From: Parvularculaceae bacterium
Lineage (GTDB): Bacteria > Pseudomonadota > Alphaproteobacteria > Caulobacterales > Parvularculaceae
Length of the DNA: 64,000 bases
Direction: 5' to 3'
Assembly: GCA_021776465.1 (NCBI GenBank)
Contig: JAJFFU010000147.1
Location: forward strand, 5,465 to 69,464
A program made the position numbers and the translations under genes. The notes beneath the pieces were generated by a model that had not been told where the DNA came from, searched no databases, and saw nothing but the letters and a program-made list of their open reading frames with translations. Below, one piece after another: positions 19,063 to 29,288 of the stretch; positions within the stretch are counted from its first letter, which is position 1, and the number at the start of each line of letters is the position of its first letter.

Positions 19063-19623
19063 ATTGAAAAAGGCGGAAATTTTTCATGTCGCGCGACTCT
19101 CGCTCCGTCGAAGAAAATGGCTGATTAAACGGGCGAGCCTCGTTTTGACGGCTCGAAACCTGTCAAAGAAAACGTTAATCGCGAGCGCTATATTAATCTC
19201 GACCGGGGCAGCGCCTGTAACCACAAATGGACAAGCGACAATGTCGTTCGCCTTAGTTTCCCACGAGATTTTCCGCGACGGGGCTCATGCTGATAACGTG
19301 GCGGCAATCAAGGCGGAGGCAGCGCGCCTGTCAAAAAACTTTTGGTAAGGCGTCCGAAGACTTTAGCCAGATGCGCGACATTCAGCAGCTCGTTGAAAAC
19401 ACCCTATGGAAAACCTTCATTGATGGACGGCTCTACTGGTGTTTCGCTGAAGTGTGGATCTTTAAAGCTCAGCAACGAGTGCGCACCATGGAACCGAGAT
19501 GCTCTACAAAGCAGATTTTCCTGACTGATTAATCGAATCAAGTAGCTCAACTCGACGTCTGTGTTTGCATACAGATTTCCGGACCTTTGTGCATCTGCGC
19601 CAAAAGTCCGATTTACGTTGAGG

Positions 19624-19836
19624 TGGCGGTGGATGCGATCGCGATCGAACAAGTCTCCGGACGAAACTCCCTGATAAGCGGGAATTTACCGGGAAATTTC
19701 GCAATTCTTGAAGCATTTCGGCGGATTGGCCGCCGAATAGCCGCACGAATTCAGTACGTTACCGGAATTTTCCCTGCCCAATTTATCAGGGAAAATTTCT
19801 AGCTGAACAGGGAATTCAAATTCCAAAACAGGAATT
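19624..19836. repeat. Cluster of CAGGGAA(A/T)TT direct and inverted repeats with a tRNA-3'-like segment; probable relic end of an integrative element
   Basis: Perfect IR AATTTTCCCTG (19766-76) / CAGGGAAAATT (19787-97); copies at 19787, 19808 and 19829 (21-bp period); GGGAATTT at 19680 and GGGAAATTT at 19691; TGGCGG...TCGAAC at 19624-50. Confidence 0.55.
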
Positions 19837-19889
19837 AATTTTCCAAGCTATTTTGTTGACATTTGACCTCACGCGAATGCTCGGCGATC

Positions 19890-20640
19890 TCTTCCTTCAG
19901 TTTGCTTGAACCCGCGTTGGCCGCTAGTCCGCCCTCGTCGTGATCCCGATAGGACGCGACATGGCGCGTGAATTCAGCGAACGCGACGCTAGCTACCCTG
20001 TTTCTTTTTCATATTTAATCTGCATGTCGGAAAGTAGCATTAGCCAGTCCGGTTTTATTAATATTACGCGGGCGGCGCTTCAGGCGAAACAGCGTTTAGA
20101 AGCTTCGGCGCAAATGCGAATCCCGCCTCGGCACCACACACGGCTAATCGCGAATCGATTTCAATGTTAAGCGCCTTTCATTCAAGGCAGAATTGCCAGG
20201 ACGCATGATCAGCGACAGCGGATCTGCGAAAAGCTGTGTTTCTGTGATGCCTTTTAATGTGCTCTCGCCACACAATGCGCCAACCAGAAAATCGACATCC
20301 CCGCTCCGTAGGCCGGTAGCCAGGTCATCACAGGCTCCTTCCAGAATCGTGATGCGGTGGGGTGGATATTTTTCTGTCAAAGCCTGTGCAGCAGCCGGAA
20401 CGAGATGACCGCGCCCCAGCGGAATAGCGCCGATTACGGCGCCACCCGAACTTGCCCCCCCCCCTCGCCAATCTCGGCGTGAGCCTGGTGAATTTCTGAG
20501 AATGCGTGCGACGAGTTTTTCAATGATTAACTGTCCGCGTGCCCAGCTCTTTCTCGACGCTGCTTCATACATATACGAGATTATAGATTTCGGCAGGCAC
20601 GAGCATGTGCAATTTTCTGCATCCGAGCAGCCCATTCAGC
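19890..20640 (-). pseudogene. Decayed LysR-family regulator (GalR/LigR-like)
   Basis: IGAIPLGR..LVPAA...ITILEG..DDLATGLRSGDVDFLVGAL..LFADPL, continuing across stops and frameshifts as PCVVPRRDSHLRRSF and RPIGITTRAD*RPT. No intact HTH. Confidence 0.75.
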
Positions 20641-20708
20641 TTTTCATTATATTTAAGCGCCGCTGGAACTTCTCAACCGAAGTCTAAGCTGCACCTAAAG
20701 TTTAATCA

Positions 20709-21408
20709 TTAGAATGACGCACTGACAGCTGCGCCGAATGTTCGGGGCGGTGCTGCCGCGCCTGCATTATTCGAGCCGCCTCTTGAAACATAAATGAAAT
20801 GCTCTTCGTCAAGAAGATTTCTTCCGTAGATACGTAACCGCCAACGCTCATCGGGCGAAGTCAGATACAATTGTGCGCTTACGAGACTAAACGCTTCCTG
20901 CCGGACTGCGTTCTGCGGTGTCCAGAAGAAACCGTCATTATAGGCCCAAGTTCCGCTTAGCCCGAAAGTCCCGAATTGCCCAGCTGGAACTTCGTAATCC
21001 ACACTGATACTTGACGTAAATTCAGGTGATTGAACTGAACGGTTTCCCGTCGCGTCGCCCAGGACGGACGTTTGTCCGCCGCCGGGATTCGGGAAATAGA
21101 ACTGCGCACGCGGAAAAGAATCGTAGCGCGCATCGAGGTAGGACAATGACGCCCGAATTTGCAGATATCCCGTTTCCAGTGGAGGCGCGAGTGTAAGCTC
21201 CGCAAAGATACCGTCAACTTTGTTTTCCGCCGCGTTCAACAAGGAAGGCGAGCCGGACGGGTTTACTGCTGATACCTGTAAGTTTGAATGGTCGTAATGA
21301 AACGCGGCGAGGTTCACCCTAAGGAGATTGTCAAATAGATCCGCCTTGAGACCGATTTCATAGGCATCCAACACCTCCGGCTCAACCGCGGGCTCGAAGG
21401 ACGAAGCG
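20709..21408 (-). pseudogene. C-terminal fragment of a TonB-dependent receptor
   Basis: PEVLDAYEIGLK, GRNLLDE, PRTFGAAVSASF. The plug, TonB box and signal peptide are missing. Confidence 0.85.
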
Positions 21409-21409
21409 A

Positions 21410-21709
21410 TTGCAGGCGATGGGCGGCGGCCATGCGCCCAGCCCCATTGTCGATAAAATCGAGCACTTAGCAAACCAAATGCCGGTGGTTCTTTGCTCGC
21501 GTGCGCCGGGCGGTGAGGTATTTGAAAACACCTATGGATATGCCGGGTCAGAAAAAGATTTACTAAGGCGCGATCTAATTTCGGGCGGCATTATGAATAG
21601 CTTGAAAGCGAGAATTCTTTTGCTCCTTTGCCTCGCCGAAAACGCAGGTAGTACTCGTACGCACTTTTCAAGCTATGTGGAACACATTTCCCTGCACTGT
21701 GAAACTTAG
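21410..21709 (+). pseudogene. C-terminal fragment of an L-asparaginase
   Basis: AMGGGH.P, PVVLCSR..GG, TYGYAGSE.DL and KARILL match the asparaginase C-terminal domain; the catalytic N-terminal domain is absent. Confidence 0.75.
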
Positions 21710-21737
21710 AGGTTGCGGTGATTACCTTTTTAGCCAG

Positions 21738-22706
21738 TCACATTGCATTTTCAGACGCATGACTGAGATTGAGCGTGCATTCAACAGCCGCCAAATCCTG
21801 AACAATATGACCCAGTGACTTATATATCGTAATATCATTCGCCGAATGACGGCCAACCGCTTTGCCTGAATATACGTCGCCGACTTCCGCTATGATGTGT
21901 TGCTCTGAAACTAGCCCTGCCTTTTGCGCTCGAAGGAACTCGCCGCCGGCAATTAGTACGTTCTGACGGCAATCGGCGATAAATCGCGCTTTCGCCACTA
22001 GCGCACCATCGACCTCCGCATAGGCTGGCAAACTGGAGCCGACAGCATTAATATGAACGCCGGGCGAAACCCATTGCCCGAACAGCACTGGATCGGATGC
22101 CGCCGTCACCGTACAGATGATATCACTACCACTTGTCGCTTCGCCAATTTCGAGAAATGCAGTCGCTTTGATATCCAATGCCTTGCTGATCCTTTCAGCG
22201 AAAGCAGCAGCGCGCTCCGCCGATCTTCCCCACACTCTGATTTCGCTAATGGGCCGCACCGCACATATTGCCTGTGCATGACGCGCCGCCTGCTCGCCGT
22301 AGCCTAGAATTGCGAGTCGCGTCGCGTCCTTTCGCGCGAGCACGTCGGTCGCCGCCGCACTCGCGGCGGCCGTCCTGATTGCAGTAATCGCGTAAGCGTC
22401 CGCCGTGCAAACCGGCGCGCCTGTCTGGGGATCGAACAGGATTACGAGCCCTTGATGGGAGGGGCGGCCGTCCGCTTGGTTCTCATGGAAAACGCTTATG
22501 GCTTTTGTGCCAAAATATGCGCCCTCACCTATATCCCCCGCCATTACTCCCAACAGCCGACCCGGTGATAATTCTATGACCGCGCGCGGGATCTGCTTGG
22601 TCCCGCCACCGGCTAATTCCGTCATCGCCTTTTTCATTGCTGGAATGCAAATGTCGTAAGTCAAACGACTTTCAATTTCACGGCGATCGAAATGCAACAT
22701 GACCAA
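21738..22706 (-). CDS. Second ornithine cyclodeaminase / mu-crystallin family protein
   Basis: ITAIRTAAAS, GYGEQA, PGVHINAVG, IYKSLG..QDL. Confidence 0.92.
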   Translation of the reverse strand: MVMLHFDRREIESRLTYDICIPAMKKAMTELAGGGTKQIPRAVIELSPGRLLGVMAGDIGEGAYFGTKAISVFHENQADGRPSHQGLVILFDPQTGAPVCTADAYAITAIRTAAASAAATDVLARKDATRLAILGYGEQAARHAQAICAVRPISEIRVWGRSAERAAAFAERISKALDIKATAFLEIGEATSGSDIICTVTAASDPVLFGQWVSPGVHINAVGSSLPAYAEVDGALVAKARFIADCRQNVLIAGGEFLRAQKAGLVSEQHIIAEVGDVYSGKAVGRHSANDITIYKSLGHIVQDLAAVECTLNLSHASENAM

Positions 22707-22716
22707 TTCTGGGCCT

Positions 22717-24003
22717 TCAATTACTTGTCGTCGCCGACACTTTAAGATCGTCTTTGCTTTTCGGATCAGGATAGCGTCCTAAAGTGAGCAAGGCGGCCCC
22801 AGCGAACAACAACATAACCGCGCACAGGACCAAGCCCCGCTCATAGTCGCCTTGCTGGTCATAAAAGCGACCAAGCAACACAGGGCCAACACCGGTGCTG
22901 ATGGCAAAGACTCCAAAAATAAGGCTGTAAATTGCGCCGTAGTGACGCCTCCCGAGATATTTGGCGACAAGAAATGATAGGAGGTCATATTCGACGCCAG
23001 CAGCAATACTGATCAAGGCGACAGCGATCTGCGCTTGAAGAAAGGAAATGGCGCCTTGCGCCAGTATCCAGCAACCGGCCGCAGCGCAAACGAGAAAAAA
23101 TAACCCGATTATCGGCGCCCAGATGTGATCGATCAACCAGCCTCCCAGAACACGCCCAGTGATCAACGCCGCGCCGATGCCCGATGTGATTGCGACGATC
23201 TCCGCTGCCCCGAATCGATGTGTCTTGAGAATGTTTTCGAGATTGGGAATGGGCGCGCCATTGCCGAAAGCGATAGTGGTAAACGCAACGAGCAATATCC
23301 ATAAGTGCCGCGTTCGAAGCGCTTCGCCAATCGTTGCACCTTCACCGCGTTGCAGTCGTTCGATCTTCCGCTCGCCATCATCGTGTATTCGAAATGTTTC
23401 ATTACGTGCGCCAAAAAACAGTACGGGCGCACCAATGAGGATCGGCAACAAGCCAATGAGAACGATTGTTTCCCGCCATCCAAATAAGGCGATGGTCAAG
23501 CCGGCGAGCGGCTTAACAAGCATCGCGCTGATCCCGGAGCTCGAGAGCGCAATACCAAGGGCCAAGCCGCGGCGATGATGAAACGCGCCATTGACAATAT
23601 GCGTAAATGAAATCGCCGTCGCGCCGACGCCGGCCATAGACATGATTGCCCAGCTGATAAAGTATTGGACAATAGAACCACTGGAAAAGGCGAGCGACAT
23701 GTATCCTGCGCCAAATCCAATGAGTGAAATTGCCGTAATTTTCCTGGCGCCGCGCGCGTCTACGTAACGCCCGACAATCGGACCGATGATAAGAATAGAC
23801 AACGACGCGATCAGGATCCCGCTCATCATGGCCTCAAACGACCAACCAAATTCGTCAGCGAAGATCGGCGCAAATATTCCAATGCTGAAAAATGCCAAGG
23901 TCGGAAAACCAAAGCTCGCGGCGATTGTAACGGCGCTAAGCGTTCGCCACTCCCGACGAAACTCACTGTAGCCTATTTGCGTTGGGACATGCTTAGGCGC
24001 CAT
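22717..24003 (-). CDS. MFS transporter (oxalate:formate antiporter / monocarboxylate-like)
   Basis: About 12 hydrophobic segments; motif A (GRYVDARGAR, GWLIDH); RGLALG. Start uncertain (24003, 24024 or 24081). Confidence 0.88.
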   Translation of the reverse strand: MAPKHVPTQIGYSEFRREWRTLSAVTIAASFGFPTLAFFSIGIFAPIFADEFGWSFEAMMSGILIASLSILIIGPIVGRYVDARGARKITAISLIGFGAGYMSLAFSSGSIVQYFISWAIMSMAGVGATAISFTHIVNGAFHHRRGLALGIALSSSGISAMLVKPLAGLTIALFGWRETIVLIGLLPILIGAPVLFFGARNETFRIHDDGERKIERLQRGEGATIGEALRTRHLWILLVAFTTIAFGNGAPIPNLENILKTHRFGAAEIVAITSGIGAALITGRVLGGWLIDHIWAPIIGLFFLVCAAAGCWILAQGAISFLQAQIAVALISIAAGVEYDLLSFLVAKYLGRRHYGAIYSLIFGVFAISTGVGPVLLGRFYDQQGDYERGLVLCAVMLLFAGAALLTLGRYPDPKSKDDLKVSATTSN

Positions 24004-24150
24004 CACAGATTTCCAAATTGTCATGCACACTAACGGGCCGCTTTCGAACGTGCAGCGGGGCGTCGTGCTTTGACCTGCCATTACTACGTGAGATTGGAAT
24101 TGCGTAGCGCACCCTCAAGCCAGCGGATTAAAAAAGCGCTGACACACCCG

Positions 24151-24197
24151 AAAAAAGCCCATACGCGACCGAACTTAACATCGACCACATATGGGCT
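24151..24197 (-). terminator. Rho-independent terminator after the TonB receptor
   Basis: 17-bp stem with G-U pairs (AGCCCATATGTGGTCGA / TCGGTCGCGTATGGGCT) followed by a U-tract. Confidence 0.75.
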
Positions 24198-24204
24198 ATC
24201 TAGT

Positions 24205-26280
24205 TCAGCTCCGGAGGGTCAACCTTACGCCATACGTTCTCGGGCGGGTTGGAAAGCCGACATCATAAGGCAATCCGGTCGCCTGCAATGGAAAATAAGT
24301 ATCGTAAGCTTGCGTGTCATAAACGTTCTTAGCCCAAACCGAAATTGACCAGTGATCGGATTGAAGCCCCGCATTCAAATTCCCAAAAGACCGCGGGTCC
24401 TGGACGTCAAGATTGTCGTGGAACCAGTATCGCGCGCTCGCATATTGAATGTCACCGCGCAGGAAAATGTCGAGATTATTCGAGACGCTTTGCGTGTAAT
24501 CAAACCCGGCGGCGATCGACCAATCCGCTGATCGCGGCGTGTTGTTGCCGATGAACTCTGGAAAACGAGTGAATTTTTCAATCTCTGTTTTCGCAAGTCC
24601 GACATTCGCGAATAAGGTCAATTCATCCGTTGGGTTAGCGGCAATTTCAAGCTCGGCGCCAAATATACTGACTTCATCGATGTTGCTTGTCACATTAGCG
24701 CGCGCGACAAAATCGATGAAGGAGAATTGGTAGTCATCGACAACGTTGTAGAATACCGCACCGTTGACGGTTACGCTGCGATCCAACCACTCTGTCTTGA
24801 AGCCGATTTCGTAATTTGTAAGCGATTCCGCCTGTGCGGTTGGAAAATCACCGCCATTAAAGGCGCCGGACCGGAAACCGACAGAATAAGTTGCATAGAC
24901 CTGCCGGTCATTGTCGATTCGATACACGAGGCTGACGCGAGGTTGGAATTTATCGAATGTCGCTTCACGGTAAATTCCCGTTGCAAAATCTAATTGCTGA
25001 CGTTCGTCTTGATCATACCGCGCGCCGATTGTGAGCGTTACGGTGTCTGCCACGTCATAGTCCAACTGTCCCGACACGCCGAAATTTGTCCTGCGACTTT
25101 TCTCTGGGCGCGTATCGACGAAAACTAACGGATCATTGATGGGGTCACCCGCATCCAGGAACACTTGGGTTGCTAGATTGAATTTCGAATGAAGTACGTC
25201 GGCTGCCACCAGCCAACGCAGGCGTTGATCCCCTGGGCTGACAAGGCGGAATTCTTGCGATGCGATTTCCCTAGAGAAAGGCTGGTTATTTCCGATGCCT
25301 TCGGCAGGAGTAAAATCGAGATCGGTCACCTGGACTTGGTCCATACGCGTATAGCCGGTGATCGAACTGAACGTTGCAAACGGGAACTCATGTTCGAACT
25401 GCGCCGTAATGCTTTTCGACTCGCCATTTCCGCGGTTCGGAAAATTTGCCTGTGGCAACACAAAATCGTTAGCATCGCCAGAGAAGACTGGCGCAAATAT
25501 TACGCCCGCGGCGTTAAAATCCGAGTAGCTTCCGATGAGCGTAAACGTCGTCTGGTCCGATATCAGGAAATCGAGATTGCCGCGCAACGTTAAGTCGTGA
25601 TTGACGCTGTCTGCCCCAAGGCCTGTAAAACTGTTTTCAAGGACGCCGTCAGACGTGAGAACATTTCCGGCAAGACGAAACCGAACTTTACCTGGCACAA
25701 TCGGCCCCGAAACGCTCGCTGTCGCGTCGAATGTTGACCCGTTACCATAAGACAAATCGGCAAATGCCTCAAACTCATCGGTGGCCGCTCTTGTCGTAAT
25801 GATGATCGCGCCCGCTTCCGCATTTCGACCATATATTGAACCCTGCGGACCGCGAAGCACTTCAATTTGTTCAACGTCGAAAAGCCGCTGATTCAATTGT
25901 CTGGAATCGTCCTGCGGCACGCCATCAACGATAACGGCAACGGGGACGTCAGCCCTGCTTGGCTGGGCGATGCCCCGAAGCACGATGACCGAATTTGAAT
26001 AGGTGTCCGTTCTTTGAACGGCAAAGTTCGGCACGATGCGCGCCAAATCCGATGTTTGCTTAATAAGGCGGTTTTCGAGCGTCTCTCCGTCGACAGCGTC
26101 AACTTGGATTGGAACGTCTTGAAGACGTTGCTTGCGTTTCTGCGCCGTCACGTAGACGACGTCATCGGTCACAGATTCAGCTCCGGTAGACTCTGATTGT
26201 GCGAATGCGCTCCCCGTTGCCAAAGTACATGATGCTAACAACAAAGCGCCGTACTGCAATTTCTTACGTTGAATCTTCAT
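24205..26280 (-). CDS. TonB-dependent receptor
   Basis: Signal peptide, VYVTAQKR, RGPQGSIYGRNA, PRTYGVRL; GGAGGG RBS before ATG 26280. Confidence 0.93.
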   Translation of the reverse strand: MKIQRKKLQYGALLLASCTLATGSAFAQSESTGAESVTDDVVYVTAQKRKQRLQDVPIQVDAVDGETLENRLIKQTSDLARIVPNFAVQRTDTYSNSVIVLRGIAQPSRADVPVAVIVDGVPQDDSRQLNQRLFDVEQIEVLRGPQGSIYGRNAEAGAIIITTRAATDEFEAFADLSYGNGSTFDATASVSGPIVPGKVRFRLAGNVLTSDGVLENSFTGLGADSVNHDLTLRGNLDFLISDQTTFTLIGSYSDFNAAGVIFAPVFSGDANDFVLPQANFPNRGNGESKSITAQFEHEFPFATFSSITGYTRMDQVQVTDLDFTPAEGIGNNQPFSREIASQEFRLVSPGDQRLRWLVAADVLHSKFNLATQVFLDAGDPINDPLVFVDTRPEKSRRTNFGVSGQLDYDVADTVTLTIGARYDQDERQQLDFATGIYREATFDKFQPRVSLVYRIDNDRQVYATYSVGFRSGAFNGGDFPTAQAESLTNYEIGFKTEWLDRSVTVNGAVFYNVVDDYQFSFIDFVARANVTSNIDEVSIFGAELEIAANPTDELTLFANVGLAKTEIEKFTRFPEFIGNNTPRSADWSIAAGFDYTQSVSNNLDIFLRGDIQYASARYWFHDNLDVQDPRSFGNLNAGLQSDHWSISVWAKNVYDTQAYDTYFPLQATGLPYDVGFPTRPRTYGVRLTLRS

Positions 26281-26340
26281 TTTTCCCTCCACTTACAGGA
26301 TACAAGCACGCCCCCGGCGGCCCTCCCATAAATATCTTTT

Positions 26341-26784
26341 CTATTCAGTCCATTCGTCGACAATACCGACCATATGATGGTCAAAGACCTGCCATCGCTC
26401 GCCATTGTGTCGCCAACCATTTACATAAGCGGCAATCTTTCCTTTTGTCAGTGCACTGATTTCATCGCCAGTCGGCATGCCGTCTGCTACTTCAGCGCCC
26501 GGTTTGAATTCTTCGTTGTTGTATTTTACGAGCCCTAGTGTGACGACCGTGTCGCCCAATTTGTGAGCGACAACATGAACCCAATGTGTATCCATTTTCT
26601 CGATGTCTTTATCGAGCTGGATCATCTTCTTTTTGTCCACATTCAATGTCGGCCAAGGCTGCGCAGTTCCTAGAAAGTCATCCGCAAAAAAACCTTCGAT
26701 CCAATCGTGGTCTTTGTTCGCAATCGCGGCGCCCCACTGCTCGTAAAGCTCCCAAAACTGACGAGACAATTCCTGATCCGCCAC
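26341..26784 (-). CDS. NTF2/SnoaL-like (DUF4440-like) protein
   Basis: W..AI..KD..W....FADDF at the N-terminus and W.....RWQV..HH at the C-terminus; GTG start with GGAGGG RBS. Confidence 0.7.
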   Translation of the reverse strand: MADQELSRQFWELYEQWGAAIANKDHDWIEGFFADDFLGTAQPWPTLNVDKKKMIQLDKDIEKMDTHWVHVVAHKLGDTVVTLGLVKYNNEEFKPGAEVADGMPTGDEISALTKGKIAAYVNGWRHNGERWQVFDHHMVGIVDEWTE

Positions 26785-27024
26785 AACAACCCTCCAGAAA
26801 CTTTGCTTGGCAGCCGGCCCGCCGCACAACAGCTACATCAATAACATAATAATTATGTTTTGTCGATAAATTACTGACGTTTTGTTATCAAAACATCTCA
26901 AAGCGTTTGAATCATTGTGAATTCAACGATTTTTGGGAAATTCCGCGTTACATTTATCGTTGTTTTCGGGAGCCGACACTTCATCTGACGTCAAAGTTGA
27001 CGCGCCGCAGGTGATATTTGGAAT

Positions 27025-28728
27025 TTAAGCGTCGATTTCGACGATGTCGGACTTTGGGCGTCCGATACATAGTAACGCGACGCCATTTTCCATGTCCGCC
27101 GTCGTCGCGCCCTTTGTTATTTTTGTTTTGCAAGTCAGACATGAACCAGCGCGGCAGTCATAATTCAACTGAATGCCAGTTTCTTCCGCCAATTCCAAAA
27201 GCGACAGGTTTTTCTCTTTATTCCACGAGGCTTCTTTTCCGGATTTTAAAAAGCGTACACATGCCGTTTCAAGGTCACTTTGAGTCAACGGCGGCGTATC
27301 AAATTGCTCCGTATAAATATGGCTCGGATCAGCGCCGTCGCGAGCGAAGGCGTTCTTTAACTCGTCGCAAAAACTGTCGGGACCGCAGATATAAAAATCT
27401 GCTTCAAACCACGGTAAGCTGACCCGTTGGTCACCCAAGAATATGTGAAGGTCATTCAATACGCCTTTCACAGTGTCAGATGTAATGCGACCATGTGCGC
27501 TGCCGCTTTCCTTGGCGCGGCTAAATACATAGGTGACATGAAATCCAGAATGCTCCTTGAGCAACTCCTCAATGCGATCACGAAACGCCATATGTTCTGG
27601 CGTCTTTGTGGCGTAAACAAGATGCGCATCCGCGCGGGTTTTCTTTAAAAAATGCGCTTCAAGCATTGCCATAATAGGCGTAACACCGACACCCGCGGCA
27701 ACGAAAACTGGCGGTCGGACACTGCCCATATCGAACACAAAGGCTCCCGCAGGTGCGCGCAATTTCAGCTTATCGCCTGCGCGCAGTGCATGAATGCCCC
27801 GCGAACCCACTCCATTTTGGCGGAGCACCGTAATCCTGTAGCGGTCTGCATCTTCCCTGTAATCGGACAAACTCCATGATCGGTCTATTTCGTTTCCCTT
27901 ATCGCCAGATAGCCGAACGCCGACAAATTGACCTGGCCGCGCCATACAAAGAGCTTTGCCATCGACAGGCGTGAGTTCAAAAGACTTTATTGCCTGCGCT
28001 TCATCTTTGACTACGGAGATCGTAAACTGCCGCCAGCCAGACCAACGGTTTTCCACCGCATTCTCGGCGTGTTGCGCTAATTCTCTCTTTGCACCGAGCA
28101 GCATCCGGTTTGCCGGACTTAAATATTTGCAATCAAGCAGGCGCATGAGCCTGTCCAACGGCGGTGCTTTATGACTGTCGATAATATCACAAACTTCTGC
28201 AACGCTTGGCATTTCCGGATCATGCGCGATGCGCGTTAACGCGTCGCCGGGACACACACGACCGGGTTCGATGACGTCAAAATAGACGCCCGATTGGCGT
28301 GACCGCGCGAACGTCTTTTGAAAACTGCGCGGTTGATTCAGGCGCCAGGCGAGTTTGGCGCATGGCGTTCGCGCACCGCTAACAACGAGTTGCACCTCAT
28401 TTCCAACCGCGAATATGTCACCCACTCGAATATCCGTTTCGTCGAGTGTATCGAGTGTTAGATTCTCGCCAAAAAATCCATCCGACCAAGCATCACGATC
28501 GACGCCCAAGCGTTCGCTCCAATAATCATACGCATTTCTCGCGAATGCATAGAGTTTATCAGGATGAACGGCGCGCTGGTCGCCGTCCGCACCACCAAAA
28601 GTAATGCGCCAAGGTTCAGGAACCGGCGTTTTTATATGCGCCGTCTTGACGACCGAGGCGCCAATTTGAATTGGCTGAATGCGGCCAACGGAAAAATTCA
28701 ATACGTGCATATCTTCGACGAATTTCAC
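27025..28728 (-). CDS. MOSC (YiiM-like) + FAD/NAD reductase + 2Fe-2S ferredoxin fusion
   Basis: GDQ..VH.DK, FGENL, catalytic R.PC.KL, SGVY..V.EPG; RSWSLS, AAGVGVTP, YICGP; CRAGSCLTC...C. Confidence 0.9.
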   Translation of the reverse strand: MKFVEDMHVLNFSVGRIQPIQIGASVVKTAHIKTPVPEPWRITFGGADGDQRAVHPDKLYAFARNAYDYWSERLGVDRDAWSDGFFGENLTLDTLDETDIRVGDIFAVGNEVQLVVSGARTPCAKLAWRLNQPRSFQKTFARSRQSGVYFDVIEPGRVCPGDALTRIAHDPEMPSVAEVCDIIDSHKAPPLDRLMRLLDCKYLSPANRMLLGAKRELAQHAENAVENRWSGWRQFTISVVKDEAQAIKSFELTPVDGKALCMARPGQFVGVRLSGDKGNEIDRSWSLSDYREDADRYRITVLRQNGVGSRGIHALRAGDKLKLRAPAGAFVFDMGSVRPPVFVAAGVGVTPIMAMLEAHFLKKTRADAHLVYATKTPEHMAFRDRIEELLKEHSGFHVTYVFSRAKESGSAHGRITSDTVKGVLNDLHIFLGDQRVSLPWFEADFYICGPDSFCDELKNAFARDGADPSHIYTEQFDTPPLTQSDLETACVRFLKSGKEASWNKEKNLSLLELAEETGIQLNYDCRAGSCLTCKTKITKGATTADMENGVALLCIGRPKSDIVEIDA

Positions 28729-28816
28729 AGATTGCCTGAAGCATTGACGCCATCATAACAATATGACAACATTTTACCAACAAATTGTTTATAGATCATC
28801 CAAAAAGAGCTGCCTA

Positions 28817-29269
28817 ATGCACAAAACAGACGTCATGTCGCCGCCAGGAACGGGCATCGTACCAGTTGGCGTCTGGGTATTGGACCAGCAAAAATCGCAG
28901 AAACTGGAGCCGTGCTCCCACACATTATGGGTCATCAAGGATGACGGCGAAGAACTCACCTGGGTCTCTGTCGAAACCGGCGCCGATAAGATACACAAAA
29001 TCACGTCTTGGACAGGACGCTATGGCGGCGGCCCGTCGGTCGTAACCGGAAGTGGATTTGTCGCCAGTCTACGCGCTCTCGGGCCCGACGAAATGGAGAC
29101 CTATGGCGAGATTCCGGAGATGGGGCCGTTCTCAGAAAAGTGCAAAATCGATCCGTCAGGTACGTCGATGACTTGCAACGGCAAGGTCGAAACCAAAGAC
29201 GGTGTCATAACTTGGCTCGAAGTTTTCAATTTGCATTCGCAATCGCCGCACTTGCCATTAACGCTTTAA
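28817..29269 (+). CDS. Hypothetical beta-barrel protein, lipocalin/FABP-like
   Basis: N-terminal GxW motif (VGVWVLDQQKS) and a beta-strand-rich pattern; divergent from the MOSC gene. Confidence 0.55.
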   Translation: MHKTDVMSPPGTGIVPVGVWVLDQQKSQKLEPCSHTLWVIKDDGEELTWVSVETGADKIHKITSWTGRYGGGPSVVTGSGFVASLRALGPDEMETYGEIPEMGPFSEKCKIDPSGTSMTCNGKVETKDGVITWLEVFNLHSQSPHLPLTL

Positions 29270-29288
29270 ACCGAACATTGCGCCGTTA

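Noticed and set aside
19624-19660. tRNA gene
   Set aside because: Only a degenerate 3'-end-like segment; no cloverleaf can be built.
19680-19836. CRISPR array or replication iterons
   Set aside because: Repeats are about 10 bp, mixed in orientation, with no cas or rep gene in the window.
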